Source: Ignavibacteriota bacterium
GTDB taxonomy: Bacteria; Bacteroidota; Ignavibacteria; UBA10030
DNA: 64,000 nt
Direction of reading: 5' to 3'
Assembly (NCBI GenBank): GCA_963701295.1
Contig: OY969585.1
Span: forward strand, 544,001 to 608,000
Part shown: one piece after another, positions 1 to 9,648 of the stretch
Layout of the letters: each line of letters opens with the position of its first letter
Position numbering within the stretch: the first letter of the stretch is position 1
The notes under the pieces: model-generated
What the model was told of the DNA's origin: nothing
The model's input: the letters and a program-made list of their open reading frames with translations, nothing else
Database searches by the model: none
Translations under genes and position numbers: made by a program

Positions 1-43
1 TTTGACAATTCATACAGCCGGACCCTAACACTTTAATAATCAT
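1..43 (-). CDS. Small thioredoxin-like redox-active disulfide protein, 5' end only (runs off window)
   Basis: Hand translation MIIKVLGSGCMNCQ (CxxC) just downstream of the ArsR gene, purine-rich RBS upstream; typical ars-operon partner. Confidence 0.75.
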   Translation of the reverse strand, partial: MIIKVLGSGCMNCQ

Positions 44-61
44 TTTCCTTCCTTTCGCAGA

Positions 62-409
62 TTAGATTTTGCAGATTTTCTTACGGTCTACTCGATGAAG
101 TTTTATTGCATCTTCCTGAATTGACTTATCATCATCGAACGATTTTTTGATAAGCCCAATTAATGAACGAGTGAACTTATATTCCGATTTATCATTCAAT
201 CGAAAATTCACCCATTTGCCATCCTTTGTATCGAGCAAAAGACTTGCATCTCTGAGGATTGTCAAATGTTTTGACACAGTCGAATTGGAAAGATCGAGCA
301 CCTCTCGAATCTCGCACATACACAATTCCCGTTCAGCAAGCATCTTAACGATACGGATGCGATTGGGATCGCTCAGGGCTTTAAAGATATTGACATAATC
401 ACGTTTCAT
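62..409 (-). CDS. ArsR/SmtB family metalloregulator
   Basis: FKALSDPNRIRI...ELCMCEI...SKHLTILR; CxC metal box. Confidence 0.93.
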   Translation of the reverse strand: MKRDYVNIFKALSDPNRIRIVKMLAERELCMCEIREVLDLSNSTVSKHLTILRDASLLLDTKDGKWVNFRLNDKSEYKFTRSLIGLIKKSFDDDKSIQEDAIKLHRVDRKKICKI

Positions 410-480
410 AGATACTCCTTCATTTCGTCAACTAACGAAATATAAATACTCTTTCAGAATAAAGCAAGGGCATCACTCTC

Positions 481-1389
481 CTATCGCGAAAGACTCTTCA
501 GATGTCTTAATGCACCATCAGTTAGCCCCAATGCTTGAGCGGCCTTTCTTTGGCAATTATTGTGCTTTTCCAATGCTTGTTGTATCAATCTCCTTTCCAT
601 CCTTGCGACGGAATATTTTAGTGTAAATTCCCTTCCTTCCTCAGTCATCAGATTCATTTTAGCAAGTTGAATTCTGTCCTTCTGCCTAATTGCTTCATCA
701 TCAGGCATAACTTGGAGGGTTTTGACAAATGATTTGAGCTCAAGAATATTTTCATTCCATCTGTTACGCTGAAGCAATTTGACGAAGTTATTATCCATTG
801 GATTTCTTCGCTCTATTTGAAATTGAGTGAAGAAATGTTGTGCAAGCTCAGGAATATCCTCCTTCCGTTCTTTGAGTGTCGGCACGTAGATCAATTTGTA
901 TTTTGCGAGAATCTTTGAAAGCCCAGGGATAATGGAACCTGATTTGAATAGCCGTTGTGGATGTTTGTTAAATACGAAGATCAATCTGCATCGAACTGGG
1001 CGTTCATCCTCCGTGCCAAGTCGAATCACTGTTCTGCTAAGGATAGCTTTCACCAATTGTTCTTGCAGGAATTTCGAAGCACTATCAATGTGTTTTAGAA
1101 CTATAGTAGTCGGCAATTCGAGAACGCTGCGGCGGGTAGTCGGAAGCTCCGGTGGACTGCCTCCAAGTAATCTGACACGTTGATCTCGTTCACTTAGTAT
1201 ATTGAAATTGACGGTTTCGAGTTCACGGTCCTTCAACAACGAATGGGCGTGAATGCGGGAAGACAAAAGAGATTTGCCGACTCCCAGGTCGCCGGTGATA
1301 ACAAGCGGAAAGGTATCCGCCGATAGTTTTGTGAGGGAAGCTCTGATGCGCTTGATTGCTGGACTCCCCCCTATCAGGTGGTCTGGCAT
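481..1389 (-). CDS. Degenerate sigma-54-activator-like AAA+ protein with Fis HTH
   Basis: LIGGSPAI, Walker A GDLGVGKS, PTLKERKEDIPELA, C-terminal AAQALGL HTH; GAFTGA and Walker B DE absent. Confidence 0.8.
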   Translation of the reverse strand: MPDHLIGGSPAIKRIRASLTKLSADTFPLVITGDLGVGKSLLSSRIHAHSLLKDRELETVNFNILSERDQRVRLLGGSPPELPTTRRSVLELPTTIVLKHIDSASKFLQEQLVKAILSRTVIRLGTEDERPVRCRLIFVFNKHPQRLFKSGSIIPGLSKILAKYKLIYVPTLKERKEDIPELAQHFFTQFQIERRNPMDNNFVKLLQRNRWNENILELKSFVKTLQVMPDDEAIRQKDRIQLAKMNLMTEEGREFTLKYSVARMERRLIQQALEKHNNCQRKAAQALGLTDGALRHLKSLSR

Positions 1390-1611
1390 TAAGCAGCATT
1401 TCAGTTATGTGATAGATTACTCGACACGACCGTCCCAAACAACATGAAACAATGCATGAATTATTCATACGATACCCGATGCTTAAAGAGCTACAATGAC
1501 TCTGTTAGACGGGATTAATGCTAAAGTGATTGTTTGAAGCAGAAAGTAAAGCGGCGTGTCTAAAAGATAGTGTCTGAAAAAAAGTTTGTCAAGGAAAATC
1601 ATCCTTAAGAC

Positions 1612-1672
1612 CATGAGGATTTTTCCTCATGTCATTAGGGTTTCCCCTAAAGTGGGTTAGGGATTTCCCTAA
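1612..1672. promoter_or_regulatory. Three tandem palindromic operator-like sites
   Basis: CATGAGGA-TTTT-TCCTCATG (1612-1631), TTAGGG-TTTC-CCCTAA (1635-1650), TTAGGGA-TT-TCCCTAA (1657-1672); centres 21-22 bp apart. Confidence 0.65.
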
Positions 1673-2007
1673 TATATAGAATCAGAAAGAAATTCAACTC
1701 CATCATCCAACTTGATAGATGCAATGGCACGGATAATTTTCTCAAGTTCCTTACGCTCGCTTGAAACATTGACACCAAGAAAATCAATATCCTTAGTGGG
1801 CCTTGCTTTCTCAATATTGTAAGCGAGAAGAAGGAAGCCGCCTTTTAACACAAACTTCTTTACATACTTTGATGCTGCAAGACGTGCAAGAAAGCGCTCC
1901 TGAATGTATCGCAGTAATAGAAAATTAAAATCAAGGTTTTCTTTTTCAGAAATATTTTTAAGGCGCGCTAGAACTGATGCGGAAACATTGGTAGTCGGTT
2001 TTTTCAT
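1669..2007 (-). pseudogene. abiEii: AbiEii/AbiGii nucleotidyltransferase toxin, C-terminally truncated
   Basis: ASVLARLKN...YIQERFLARL...FVLKGG...RPTKDIDFL; stops after ~112 aa, well short of a typical AbiEii; ATGA overlap with antitoxin. Confidence 0.85.
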
Positions 2008-2597
2008 CCCATAATCACCTTCACATATTGAGAGATGATACCTTTTACTCGACAAATTTCTGCGAACTTCATCAGTTTATTGAGATCACGATTGCGTTTT
2101 CGGAGATACGTTTTGAGACCCTCCATTACGATATCTTCACCGAGTTTGTTCCTGAACCGGAAACAATCACAGATAGTTTTTTCAACACCGTAGAGTCGAA
2201 TATGACCAGCTTTGGTTTCGTGGTGTTCAATCCCTGTTTTGTACTGAGCTTCGGAAAAATAGAAAGACTCCGTCGGTGGATGAGAAAGCTTGATCGGTTT
2301 ATTCGCTCTTGGAATGGCATACGTTATAACTGTAGGAACGAATGTCGTAAGCTCGTGAAACGCGAGCGCTGAAGAAAGGCTGATAACTGCTTTCGGGATA
2401 GCAAGACAGACTTCTACGAGTCCGCTCGATTCACCAAGCTCAAGCTGCGAAAGCCGATATAGGCCAGCTTTCACCTTTACGATGTCGCCTCCATCAACTG
2501 CCTTCAGGATTTCCCTTGTGTGGATACCGCTCGCTTTCATTTCCTTCATTCGAGCGTAACCCTTATGGGCTTTGAGATATTTTAGTATTTGATTCAT
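2004..2597 (-). CDS. abiEi: Type IV TA antitoxin AbiEi
   Basis: KVKAGLYRL, SALAFHELTTFVP, YGVEKTICDCFRFRNKLGED. Confidence 0.9.
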   Translation of the reverse strand: MNQILKYLKAHKGYARMKEMKASGIHTREILKAVDGGDIVKVKAGLYRLSQLELGESSGLVEVCLAIPKAVISLSSALAFHELTTFVPTVITYAIPRANKPIKLSHPPTESFYFSEAQYKTGIEHHETKAGHIRLYGVEKTICDCFRFRNKLGEDIVMEGLKTYLRKRNRDLNKLMKFAEICRVKGIISQYVKVIMG

Positions 2598-2794
2598 ACG
2601 GATGGTTCTAATTAGCTGCACATAATATAAACGTGCAGTAGAAAAGAAGCAAGAGGCTGGCAAAGATTTAATCAAAAACGCCTGACGCATTACCAGACGC
2701 CAGTCGTTTAGGGAGTCTAACTATGCGCTGTCGGGGAGACGGCACGGGAATATTGTATGAAATGTTCTGGTTTTTGTCAATTAATATTTTAGAT

Positions 2795-2832
2795 GAAAAA
2801 TAAAGACCCCGGCACATTTATAAGTACCGGGG
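2795..2832 (-). terminator. Rho-independent terminator
   Basis: CCCCGGTAC...GTGCCGGGG stem followed by TCTTTATTTTT on minus strand. Confidence 0.65.
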
Positions 2833-3014
2833 CTCAAGGGGAAGGGGGTAAAGAACCACTGCGCGCCAACACAGTGATGCTACTGAAAAATAGCCGTTGA
2901 TATCTTCGGGGGATTGATATCAATTTACCCCCTTTTTAATTTCCGATTCATAAACTTTTTATTGCTTGGCATAATGATATTTACTAACAAAGATTTAAAT
3001 AGTCAATTTCTCGT

Positions 3015-3368
3015 TTATTCAAGTATGCCAAACGCTTGTTGCTCTATGGGAACAATTCCCTGTAATACATCCATCATATTTCGCGCACCGTCAGGATTAA
3101 ACGAATGCACAACAACTCTCTCATGTAGTTTATCTTTCGTCATTTGTGAAATAAATTTCGCTACCGCGAATCCGCTTACTTCATCGCTTGGACAAAATAT
3201 CTCCCCGCCTAAATCGTGATCGAGGCTTACTAAGTCATAAGGAGAATTTTGTTCCAGCATTTCTATTGCTTGTTCCACCGTTTCTACCTTGGTCAATTCA
3301 TCTTCGACAAATTTAATCTCTGCCTCTTTCATTCTATCTTTGTCGTCATCGAGAAATAATACTTTCAT
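3015..3368 (-). CDS. Stand-alone receiver-like protein (cyclic-phosphate-processing receiver type)
   Basis: LFLDDD...VSLDHDLG...VVHSFNPDG motifs, which differ from canonical CheY receivers. Confidence 0.75.
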   Translation of the reverse strand: MKVLFLDDDKDRMKEAEIKFVEDELTKVETVEQAIEMLEQNSPYDLVSLDHDLGGEIFCPSDEVSGFAVAKFISQMTKDKLHERVVVHSFNPDGARNMMDVLQGIVPIEQQAFGILE

Positions 3369-3379
3369 TTTGATTTACA

Positions 3380-3477
3380 ACTTAACGAATGGCAACTTTA
3401 CTGACAGATCAATTCTTCTTCGCCTGCTTCTCCATCCCTCGATACCAGTCATGTCGAGCTTGAGCGCCTGGTTATAC
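3380..3477 (-). mobile_element. attC-like integron recombination site (degenerate)
   Basis: Minus strand GTATAAC-CAGGCGCTCAAGCT...CGTTAAGT (GTTRRRY) 11 bp before the ATG at 3368; upstream ORF relic reads ...LLRLFKASGITRRSS into the site. Confidence 0.6.
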
Positions 3478-3537
3478 CGCTTGCTTTAAATAACCGCAAG
3501 AGAAGAAAAAGAATGCCACCGAACACGAGAAAAACGG

Positions 3538-3874
3538 ATGCGCCATACCATCCGATGACCCAAGGAAAGATCGAACGGTATCATCGCTCGATGAAGAATG
3601 AAATCAATTTGCAGAAGTATTATATGCCGTGGGAGTTGGAACAGGAGATCGAACGATTTATTGATTACTACAACAACAAACGATATCACAGCCCTGGACA
3701 ATGTCACCCCAGCTGATGTATATTATGGCAGGCAATGTGAAATTATTACTAGGAGGGAACAACTTAAACAACAAACTTTGAAAGCACGAAGACGGTACAA
3801 TTTATCACAACAAACGGCTCAAATCATCTCTTAGAAAATATTTAATTCTGTCCATTTGACTTTGAAGACATACA
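3538..3874 (+). mobile_element. IS3/IS481-like transposase C-terminal relic with right end
   Basis: APYHPMTQGKIERYHRSMK...YYNNKRYH, frameshift, LDNVTPADVYYGR; end ...GAAGACATACA at 3874. Confidence 0.85.
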
Positions 3875-4125
3875 TTTTATCTCCCTCCATCAAACACCAA
3901 TAACCTTTTTTTAATCCGTTAATCTCAATGCCATCTTTGCTTCCAAGATCTTGAAGCCAATATTTTCCTTCACTATCACAGTAAATCCCGGCATGAAATC
4001 TTAGAAGAGGAATCAGTTAGCACGATATCGTTCAATGGATCTCTTCCGATTGACAATGCACGAATTCCGAACAGTGATTTTTCTGCGTACAGGACACCGT
4101 TTTTATAAATTGCTAATGAATACAT
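3875..4125 (-). pseudogene. FHA-domain protein relic, frameshifted and cut by the IS
   Basis: Hand translation MYSLAIYKNG...SIGRDPLNDIVLTDSSSKIS / RFHAGIYCDSEGKYWLQDLGSKDGIEING; FHA GR, SxxHA and DLGSxxG motifs. Confidence 0.75.
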
Positions 4126-4605
4126 ACTCTCACCCTCATACTTAGATGATTTGAAATATAAAACTAAAAGATAATTATTAGGATGTTGCGCAAATAAGTG
4201 TTTCTGTTTCTTCGTAATGCATCTTGTTGATGGTTGTCTTTAAGTTCTCCTCCTCAATAGAGTCTCCCTACAAAATGGGTTGCATGAAATGTATATGTCC
4301 AGAGACATATTACATTTTTATCGAGACAAATTTCCATAGTCATCTGATTTGACTGTGATTCTTCATTCGCATTCCATCGAAGATCAACGCCTGAAATTTT
4401 GTTCGATCCGCTTTCGCCACAGGGGGGATCCCAGATACACATTATTTCATCGACCTTGGTAAGCCTCCTAATCCTCCCAGAGCATCTTCCAGTTCGCCGT
4501 GTATTCCTTAATCAAGTCCAGCCCAAGGTGCGGGCTATTTGATGCTTGTGTAGAAGCCACGAGTACATCGCAACACTCATCAAAGGCGTAGTTTGGGTTT
4601 TCGAT

Positions 4606-4824
4606 CTACCAAAACCTCCACCAAGGTTTCCTTAATCCCTTAGCTATGAATTTGACATCTTTGTCTTTCATCCACATCGTAGCAAAAATCGAGGTGCCAC
4701 AGTGCGGGCAATTATGCACCGGCTTTCCATTCGGGCTCACGATTTCTTTCTTACATTCGGGGCACGCAATACGATCTCTGAACTGCATAGACATTATCTC
4801 AGACAATCTCTTATCTTCTTTCAT
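4606..4824 (-). CDS. Small Zn-ribbon protein with C-terminal KPWWRFW motif
   Basis: CPEC...CPHC; AAGGAGG RBS upstream of ATG 4824. Confidence 0.7.
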   Translation of the reverse strand: MKEDKRLSEIMSMQFRDRIACPECKKEIVSPNGKPVHNCPHCGTSIFATMWMKDKDVKFIAKGLRKPWWRFW

Positions 4825-5059
4825 AATATCATTCCTCCTTTTATTTGTTTTTTTCCCGATTTGTCCACGAACGAATATGACAGTTAATTTATATAATTTG
4901 CGCAGGATATACAAATTTGGTTTGCGGGCAATACGATCTCTGAGTCGAATGGATATCATTTCTCCCCTTTATTAATATTTACATCACAATTCGGCCATAT
5001 TGTTATTTGTCGCAAAGAGGCGATCTCCAGCTGTCAATACACATGACCCTGGATTGTTG

Positions 5060-8000
5060 CTATTCGCCACAACCCTCCAACCGAAATAAATAGAAATTGC
5101 CTAAGAAATCGCCGCAGGCGATGAGATGGCTGTCCGGCGAAATGCTCACGGCAAATACTTCTGCATCACAACAGTAGCTAAGTATTACCTGTCCTGTCCG
5201 GCGATCCCATACCTTGACGGTATGATCAAAGCTACCTGATATGATAAACCTGCCATCTGATGAGAACGCACATGTTACGACGGTGTCTTGGTGACCCACC
5301 AAGGTGGTGAGCGGCTGTCCTGTGTGGCGATCCCACAGTCTGACGGTGTGATCGTAACTGCCGGAGACGATCCATTGGCCATCCGGTGAAACTGCACATG
5401 CCGTGATACTTCCCGTGTGACCGGTCAGGGTGGCAAGATCTTTTCCTGTTCGGCTTTCCCAGAGTTTTAATGTGGTATCGTTACTACCGGACACAATCAA
5501 ACTCCCCTCCGGGGAAAAAGCACATGACTCAACGGAACTCCGGTGCCCACGCAACGTTGCCAGTTCGTGTCCCATCTTTGCATCCCAGAGTTTGACTGTC
5601 GCATCACCACCGCCGGACACAATGCGGCTGCCCTCCGGCGAAAAGGCACACGTGTTGACGCTTGTTTCATTATGCCCGATGAACGTCCAGAGCTGTTCGC
5701 CATTTGAACTGTCCCAAAGTTTCAGGGTCTTGTCCTTGCTACTCGAAACGATGCGGCCTCCATCTGGCGAAAAGTGAGAACATGTTACTTCATCGTCGTG
5801 CCCGGCCAGCGTTGCAAGCTCCCGGCCTTGGCGGCCGTCCCAGATCTTCAGGGTCTTATCTTTGCTGCTTGACACGATCCGCGCACCATCCCGCGAAAAT
5901 GCCAGGTGACTGATACACGCGTGATGTCCTGCCAAGGTAGCCAACTTTTTGCTGCCTTTGGTATTCCAGATTTTGAGCGTGTTGTCGGTACTGGTCGAGA
6001 CGATATGCGAGCCATCCGGTGAGATCGCGCATGACTTGGCGCCCTCGTAATCATTTGCCAAGGTTGCCAACTCTTTTCCAATTACGGCATTCCACAGTTT
6101 AAGTGTGGAGCCTCCTGACACTATCAAGTTTCCATCTGAAGAGAATTCACAAGTGGATACACTGCCGTCGTGTCCTGTAAAAGGTGGCATCTCTTTTCCC
6201 GTCGCGGTATCCCAGACCTTTATACCAACTCCGGTCCCGCAGACTATGCGGCTGCCATTCGGCGAAAATTCGCAACTATGTATCTCAGAAATACCGTGGT
6301 TTTCTCCCGTGAACAGTGTTCGCTTCTCACCTGTCTTGATGTTAGTTAACGTCAGTGTTTCATTCCAATTGAAACCTACATTTTCCCTGTTCTCTCCCAA
6401 TGCCAAGAAGTTACCATCTCGCGAAAGACGACAGAAGCCAAGTGCAATACCTTGTTGCCTTGTCCGCGTAGAGAATGCGACTTCTCCAGTGTAAATGGAC
6501 CGGATTTTTAGGATACCATCGATATTACTATACGAAGCAATGCGATCACCGTTAGCCAAGTAGGTACAGTAATCGACACCGGATTCATATCCGGTCAGAG
6601 TTCCCTGCAACTTCTCGGTGGCCCGATTCCAGACCTTGACAGTTTTGTCTTTACTGCTCGACGCGATGAATTTCCCATCAGGAGAGAACTGACAGCAAGT
6701 CACGGTGTCGGTATGGCCGGAAAGTGTGACGATTTCGCTCCCGGTATCTACATCCCAGAGCTTGACGGTTTTGTCTTTCCCCCCGGACACGATGACCTTT
6801 CCATCCGGTGAAAAGGCGCATGTCTCGACACTCTCCGTGTGCCCAGTTAGCGTCATTAGTAAATGAGATTCCATGAGTTGCGGTTCCCGGCATTGGCGGA
6901 GAAATTTGCCACCACGCGCTAGGAATCGCTTCCGCAGGGCGTCGAATGCGTCACTTATTTGACCTGATTTCCAGGAAAGGTTGTTATACAGGTATTGAAA
7001 CGCATTCCGCGGGTCTGAGCGTAGACGATGCTGCTCCAACATAACGGTATTATAGTATGTAGCGATCTCGGTCGGATTGGCTATAGGTGGCTTTAATTCC
7101 AGCGCTCTTTGGTAATCTGCTAACAAATCATTTAGCAAATCTCCTTTCACTTTGGCTTCAAGGAACAATAGGTCGCTCAACGTCGCGTTCAGAACATCTC
7201 TGTCTCCAGCGTTGATCTCCTGGAAGGGAAGCTCTACCAAAGCGTGGATATCGCTGCCAATCCAGGTTTCATTGCCGGTGGGATCAGCCTTCCACAGAAA
7301 GAACCGGGCGAGACGGGCGTGGTATGCTGGCCTGAGATAGCGCTGTTTGATTGCTTCGCCGATCTGCCGTTGGTAATAACTCATCAGCACTGTGTTATCG
7401 GCTGCGCGCTCAACCAGATACGGAGCCAAGTCATGGTAGAGTCTGAGCCAAACGACCACCGGAATTCCTTCCGCCTCCGGGGATTTGGCAGAGCGCGCTT
7501 TCAGGTCGTCCATGACGTCTTGGTCAGAAAGGAGCACGATGATTTCACTCTCGGACAATCCATTCCGGGCGGCGGATAATAGGCCAAGAAAGGTCTTGAC
7601 TAACAGTTCCCCATGGTGGCGCTTGTCTTGCAGCCTGGTGAGCATATTATCTACCATCCCAGCTACATCCTCGGCAAGAACCGACACATCGTCCCAGGAT
7701 TTCCACCTTCGAACCTCTTCAAAGGCCAGCTTCAAGTAGAGAGGATAAGGACATTTTCGGAATCCCGCCAACACGCGCTTCTGCTGCTGTTTTGTCAGCG
7801 AGCGATGGACATCGTGGAGCCAATGCTGCAACACCTGTGCCCCTTCCTTTTGCCGCATGTGATCTAGGCGAAGGAACATCCGTTCAGAATCCCGCGATTT
7901 TCTTGACATGTTGGTCGACATCCTACTCAGCCACGTCACAGTTTTCTTGAGCATCTCCCGAACGAATGTCGGCCGTTCATCTTCGGACTCTATTAGGGAT

Positions 8001-9385
8001 GCGACAATGCGCACATACGGCGGCAAGACTCTTGGCAGCCAGCTAATCATATTGGCCAAGTCAGAATAAGCCAACTCAGATACTTCGAGCTGATCGAGGG
8101 CGTCGAGAAAGATGATGAGTGGTCGCTGTGTTGTCGCTAAATCAAGGAGACGTATGAACTCCTTCTCCAGTTCTTTAGCTCCGGACGGGATGTTGCCAAG
8201 TTTCACATGATACGCCTCGCTGATCTCGCGAACCAGATAATATAGGAGTCCACGCATTTCTATCGAGTGAGGTGTGGCTCCAATGAAGCGTTGGATAACA
8301 TAGGCGTGCGCCTGTGTGTCAACAGCTTCGCGCGCCGCCTTCGCCATCAGGGCGGATTTACCGCTACCCGTCGGGCCAAAGATAAAAAGGGTGTATTCGT
8401 TTTCGTTACGGAGGTAAGCCGTGATCTGGTTCAATTGAGTCTGTCGGCCTACGAAGTTCTTGCACCGATCTGCACCGAATTCCTGATGCGCTGATCGCTC
8501 GAGAGATAAGGCGTCGACGTCTGCTAGCCGTTGAAACTCCTCTTCCAGGATGTTCCTCAGCGACGCCAACGCATCGGCGGCGAACTGGGCGAGGTGTTCA
8601 TTTAGCGTCGTGCCGTTCCATATGACAGCATAATCGAAATGATTGATCCCGGGTTTCTGCCGGATTGCTTCCTTGAGGGCGCGCGCCTGTTCTATACCAT
8701 CGTCAACGTAGGGACTATTATGAGGGAGTTCTTCGACATTCTCGATATTGCGCAGAAAGGCGACAACATGTTCCTGCTGATCCGGCAACGCTAGCGCTCC
8801 ATGGATAATTTCTTGATGCGTAGCCGAGCACTCATATTTGATCCGGCGTTGGTCATTCATCGGCCATCCAAGATGGTTTATAGCGTCTAGCAAGATGGCG
8901 TGCAACGTCCGTTCTGTCTGGAACCAGGCGTCATAGTCTTTTTCCTCAGGCACATACTCACGGCGCGAGCGTAATAAATATTCTGGGGGCATGGCGTTGG
9001 TGTCGAGCCGGTACCAGTCCGCTAATAGAGGACGGTGGGCGACTGGGACCGCGGAGCGAATCGTGTCGAATTCAGTTACCTCGATCTGCGGCGGCAACGG
9101 CAGCCACCCATAGCGGTCACCGAAGAGGATGAGGAAGTTCGGTCGGGGCGAAACGTCCTGGCACCGTTTGAGCTCAGTCAGGCAAATATTCATCGTTTGC
9201 TGGTCGAGCGCCGCTTCTTCGGTGACCCCCCAGCGTAGGTCAATGGCCTGAAAGTGGCACTGGTTCGCCTCGCAGAATTTCTGCAGTTCAGGGAACACCT
9301 TCTCCTGGAGCGCGTTGCGTTCCTCTTTCATGTCGGCAAAAGTTGAGCTGACAAATACACGGAATATCTTGGTTTGTTTTTGCAT
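5060..9385 (-). CDS. DUF4062-NACHT(STAND)-WD40 NLR-like protein (NWD/TEP1-type architecture)
   Basis: N-terminal RVFVSSTFADMKEERNAL...IDLRWGV; Walker A GPTGSGKS; Walker B IIFLDALDQL; many GH...CAFSPDG...LWD repeats. Confidence 0.93.
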   Translation of the reverse strand: MQKQTKIFRVFVSSTFADMKEERNALQEKVFPELQKFCEANQCHFQAIDLRWGVTEEAALDQQTMNICLTELKRCQDVSPRPNFLILFGDRYGWLPLPPQIEVTEFDTIRSAVPVAHRPLLADWYRLDTNAMPPEYLLRSRREYVPEEKDYDAWFQTERTLHAILLDAINHLGWPMNDQRRIKYECSATHQEIIHGALALPDQQEHVVAFLRNIENVEELPHNSPYVDDGIEQARALKEAIRQKPGINHFDYAVIWNGTTLNEHLAQFAADALASLRNILEEEFQRLADVDALSLERSAHQEFGADRCKNFVGRQTQLNQITAYLRNENEYTLFIFGPTGSGKSALMAKAAREAVDTQAHAYVIQRFIGATPHSIEMRGLLYYLVREISEAYHVKLGNIPSGAKELEKEFIRLLDLATTQRPLIIFLDALDQLEVSELAYSDLANMISWLPRVLPPYVRIVASLIESEDERPTFVREMLKKTVTWLSRMSTNMSRKSRDSERMFLRLDHMRQKEGAQVLQHWLHDVHRSLTKQQQKRVLAGFRKCPYPLYLKLAFEEVRRWKSWDDVSVLAEDVAGMVDNMLTRLQDKRHHGELLVKTFLGLLSAARNGLSESEIIVLLSDQDVMDDLKARSAKSPEAEGIPVVVWLRLYHDLAPYLVERAADNTVLMSYYQRQIGEAIKQRYLRPAYHARLARFFLWKADPTGNETWIGSDIHALVELPFQEINAGDRDVLNATLSDLLFLEAKVKGDLLNDLLADYQRALELKPPIANPTEIATYYNTVMLEQHRLRSDPRNAFQYLYNNLSWKSGQISDAFDALRKRFLARGGKFLRQCREPQLMESHLLMTLTGHTESVETCAFSPDGKVIVSGGKDKTVKLWDVDTGSEIVTLSGHTDTVTCCQFSPDGKFIASSSKDKTVKVWNRATEKLQGTLTGYESGVDYCTYLANGDRIASYSNIDGILKIRSIYTGEVAFSTRTRQQGIALGFCRLSRDGNFLALGENRENVGFNWNETLTLTNIKTGEKRTLFTGENHGISEIHSCEFSPNGSRIVCGTGVGIKVWDTATGKEMPPFTGHDGSVSTCEFSSDGNLIVSGGSTLKLWNAVIGKELATLANDYEGAKSCAISPDGSHIVSTSTDNTLKIWNTKGSKKLATLAGHHACISHLAFSRDGARIVSSSKDKTLKIWDGRQGRELATLAGHDDEVTCSHFSPDGGRIVSSSKDKTLKLWDSSNGEQLWTFIGHNETSVNTCAFSPEGSRIVSGGGDATVKLWDAKMGHELATLRGHRSSVESCAFSPEGSLIVSGSNDTTLKLWESRTGKDLATLTGHTGSITACAVSPDGQWIVSGSYDHTVRLWDRHTGQPLTTLVGHQDTVVTCAFSSDGRFIISGSFDHTVKVWDRRTGQVILSYCCDAEVFAVSISPDSHLIACGDFLGNFYLFRLEGCGE

Positions 9386-9505
9386 GGTAAATCTCTTTAG
9401 TTATATAATACTTGTGGTAGTGTTTTTATGATGCTTTTTTTCACCCAGCATCACCTGTTCTGCAGTCACTCTTTAGGGCGGGTCACCGTCCACTTGATAA
9501 GTACG

Positions 9506-9586
9506 CCGCAGAAACGGGAACACAAAGCACACTAGGTGGTCGCGTTCCATATGCATGTCACGAAAGGTGCTGTTGATAGATACTCG
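9506..9586 (-). pseudogene. Relic of a second DUF4062 N-terminus
   Basis: Hand translation RVSINSTFRDMHMERDHLVCFVFPFLR aligns with RVFVSSTFADMKEERNALQEKVFPELQ of the next gene; orphan AAGGAGG upstream. Confidence 0.75.
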
Positions 9587-9648
9587 CCCTGTTTTTCCTC
9601 CTTCAGCTATTTATTCCTTAAGGATATATACTCACAAGTAATGTACAC

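Noticed and set aside
4254-4600. WD40 or other gene relic (…CIWDPP…)
   Set aside because: Similarity too short to support
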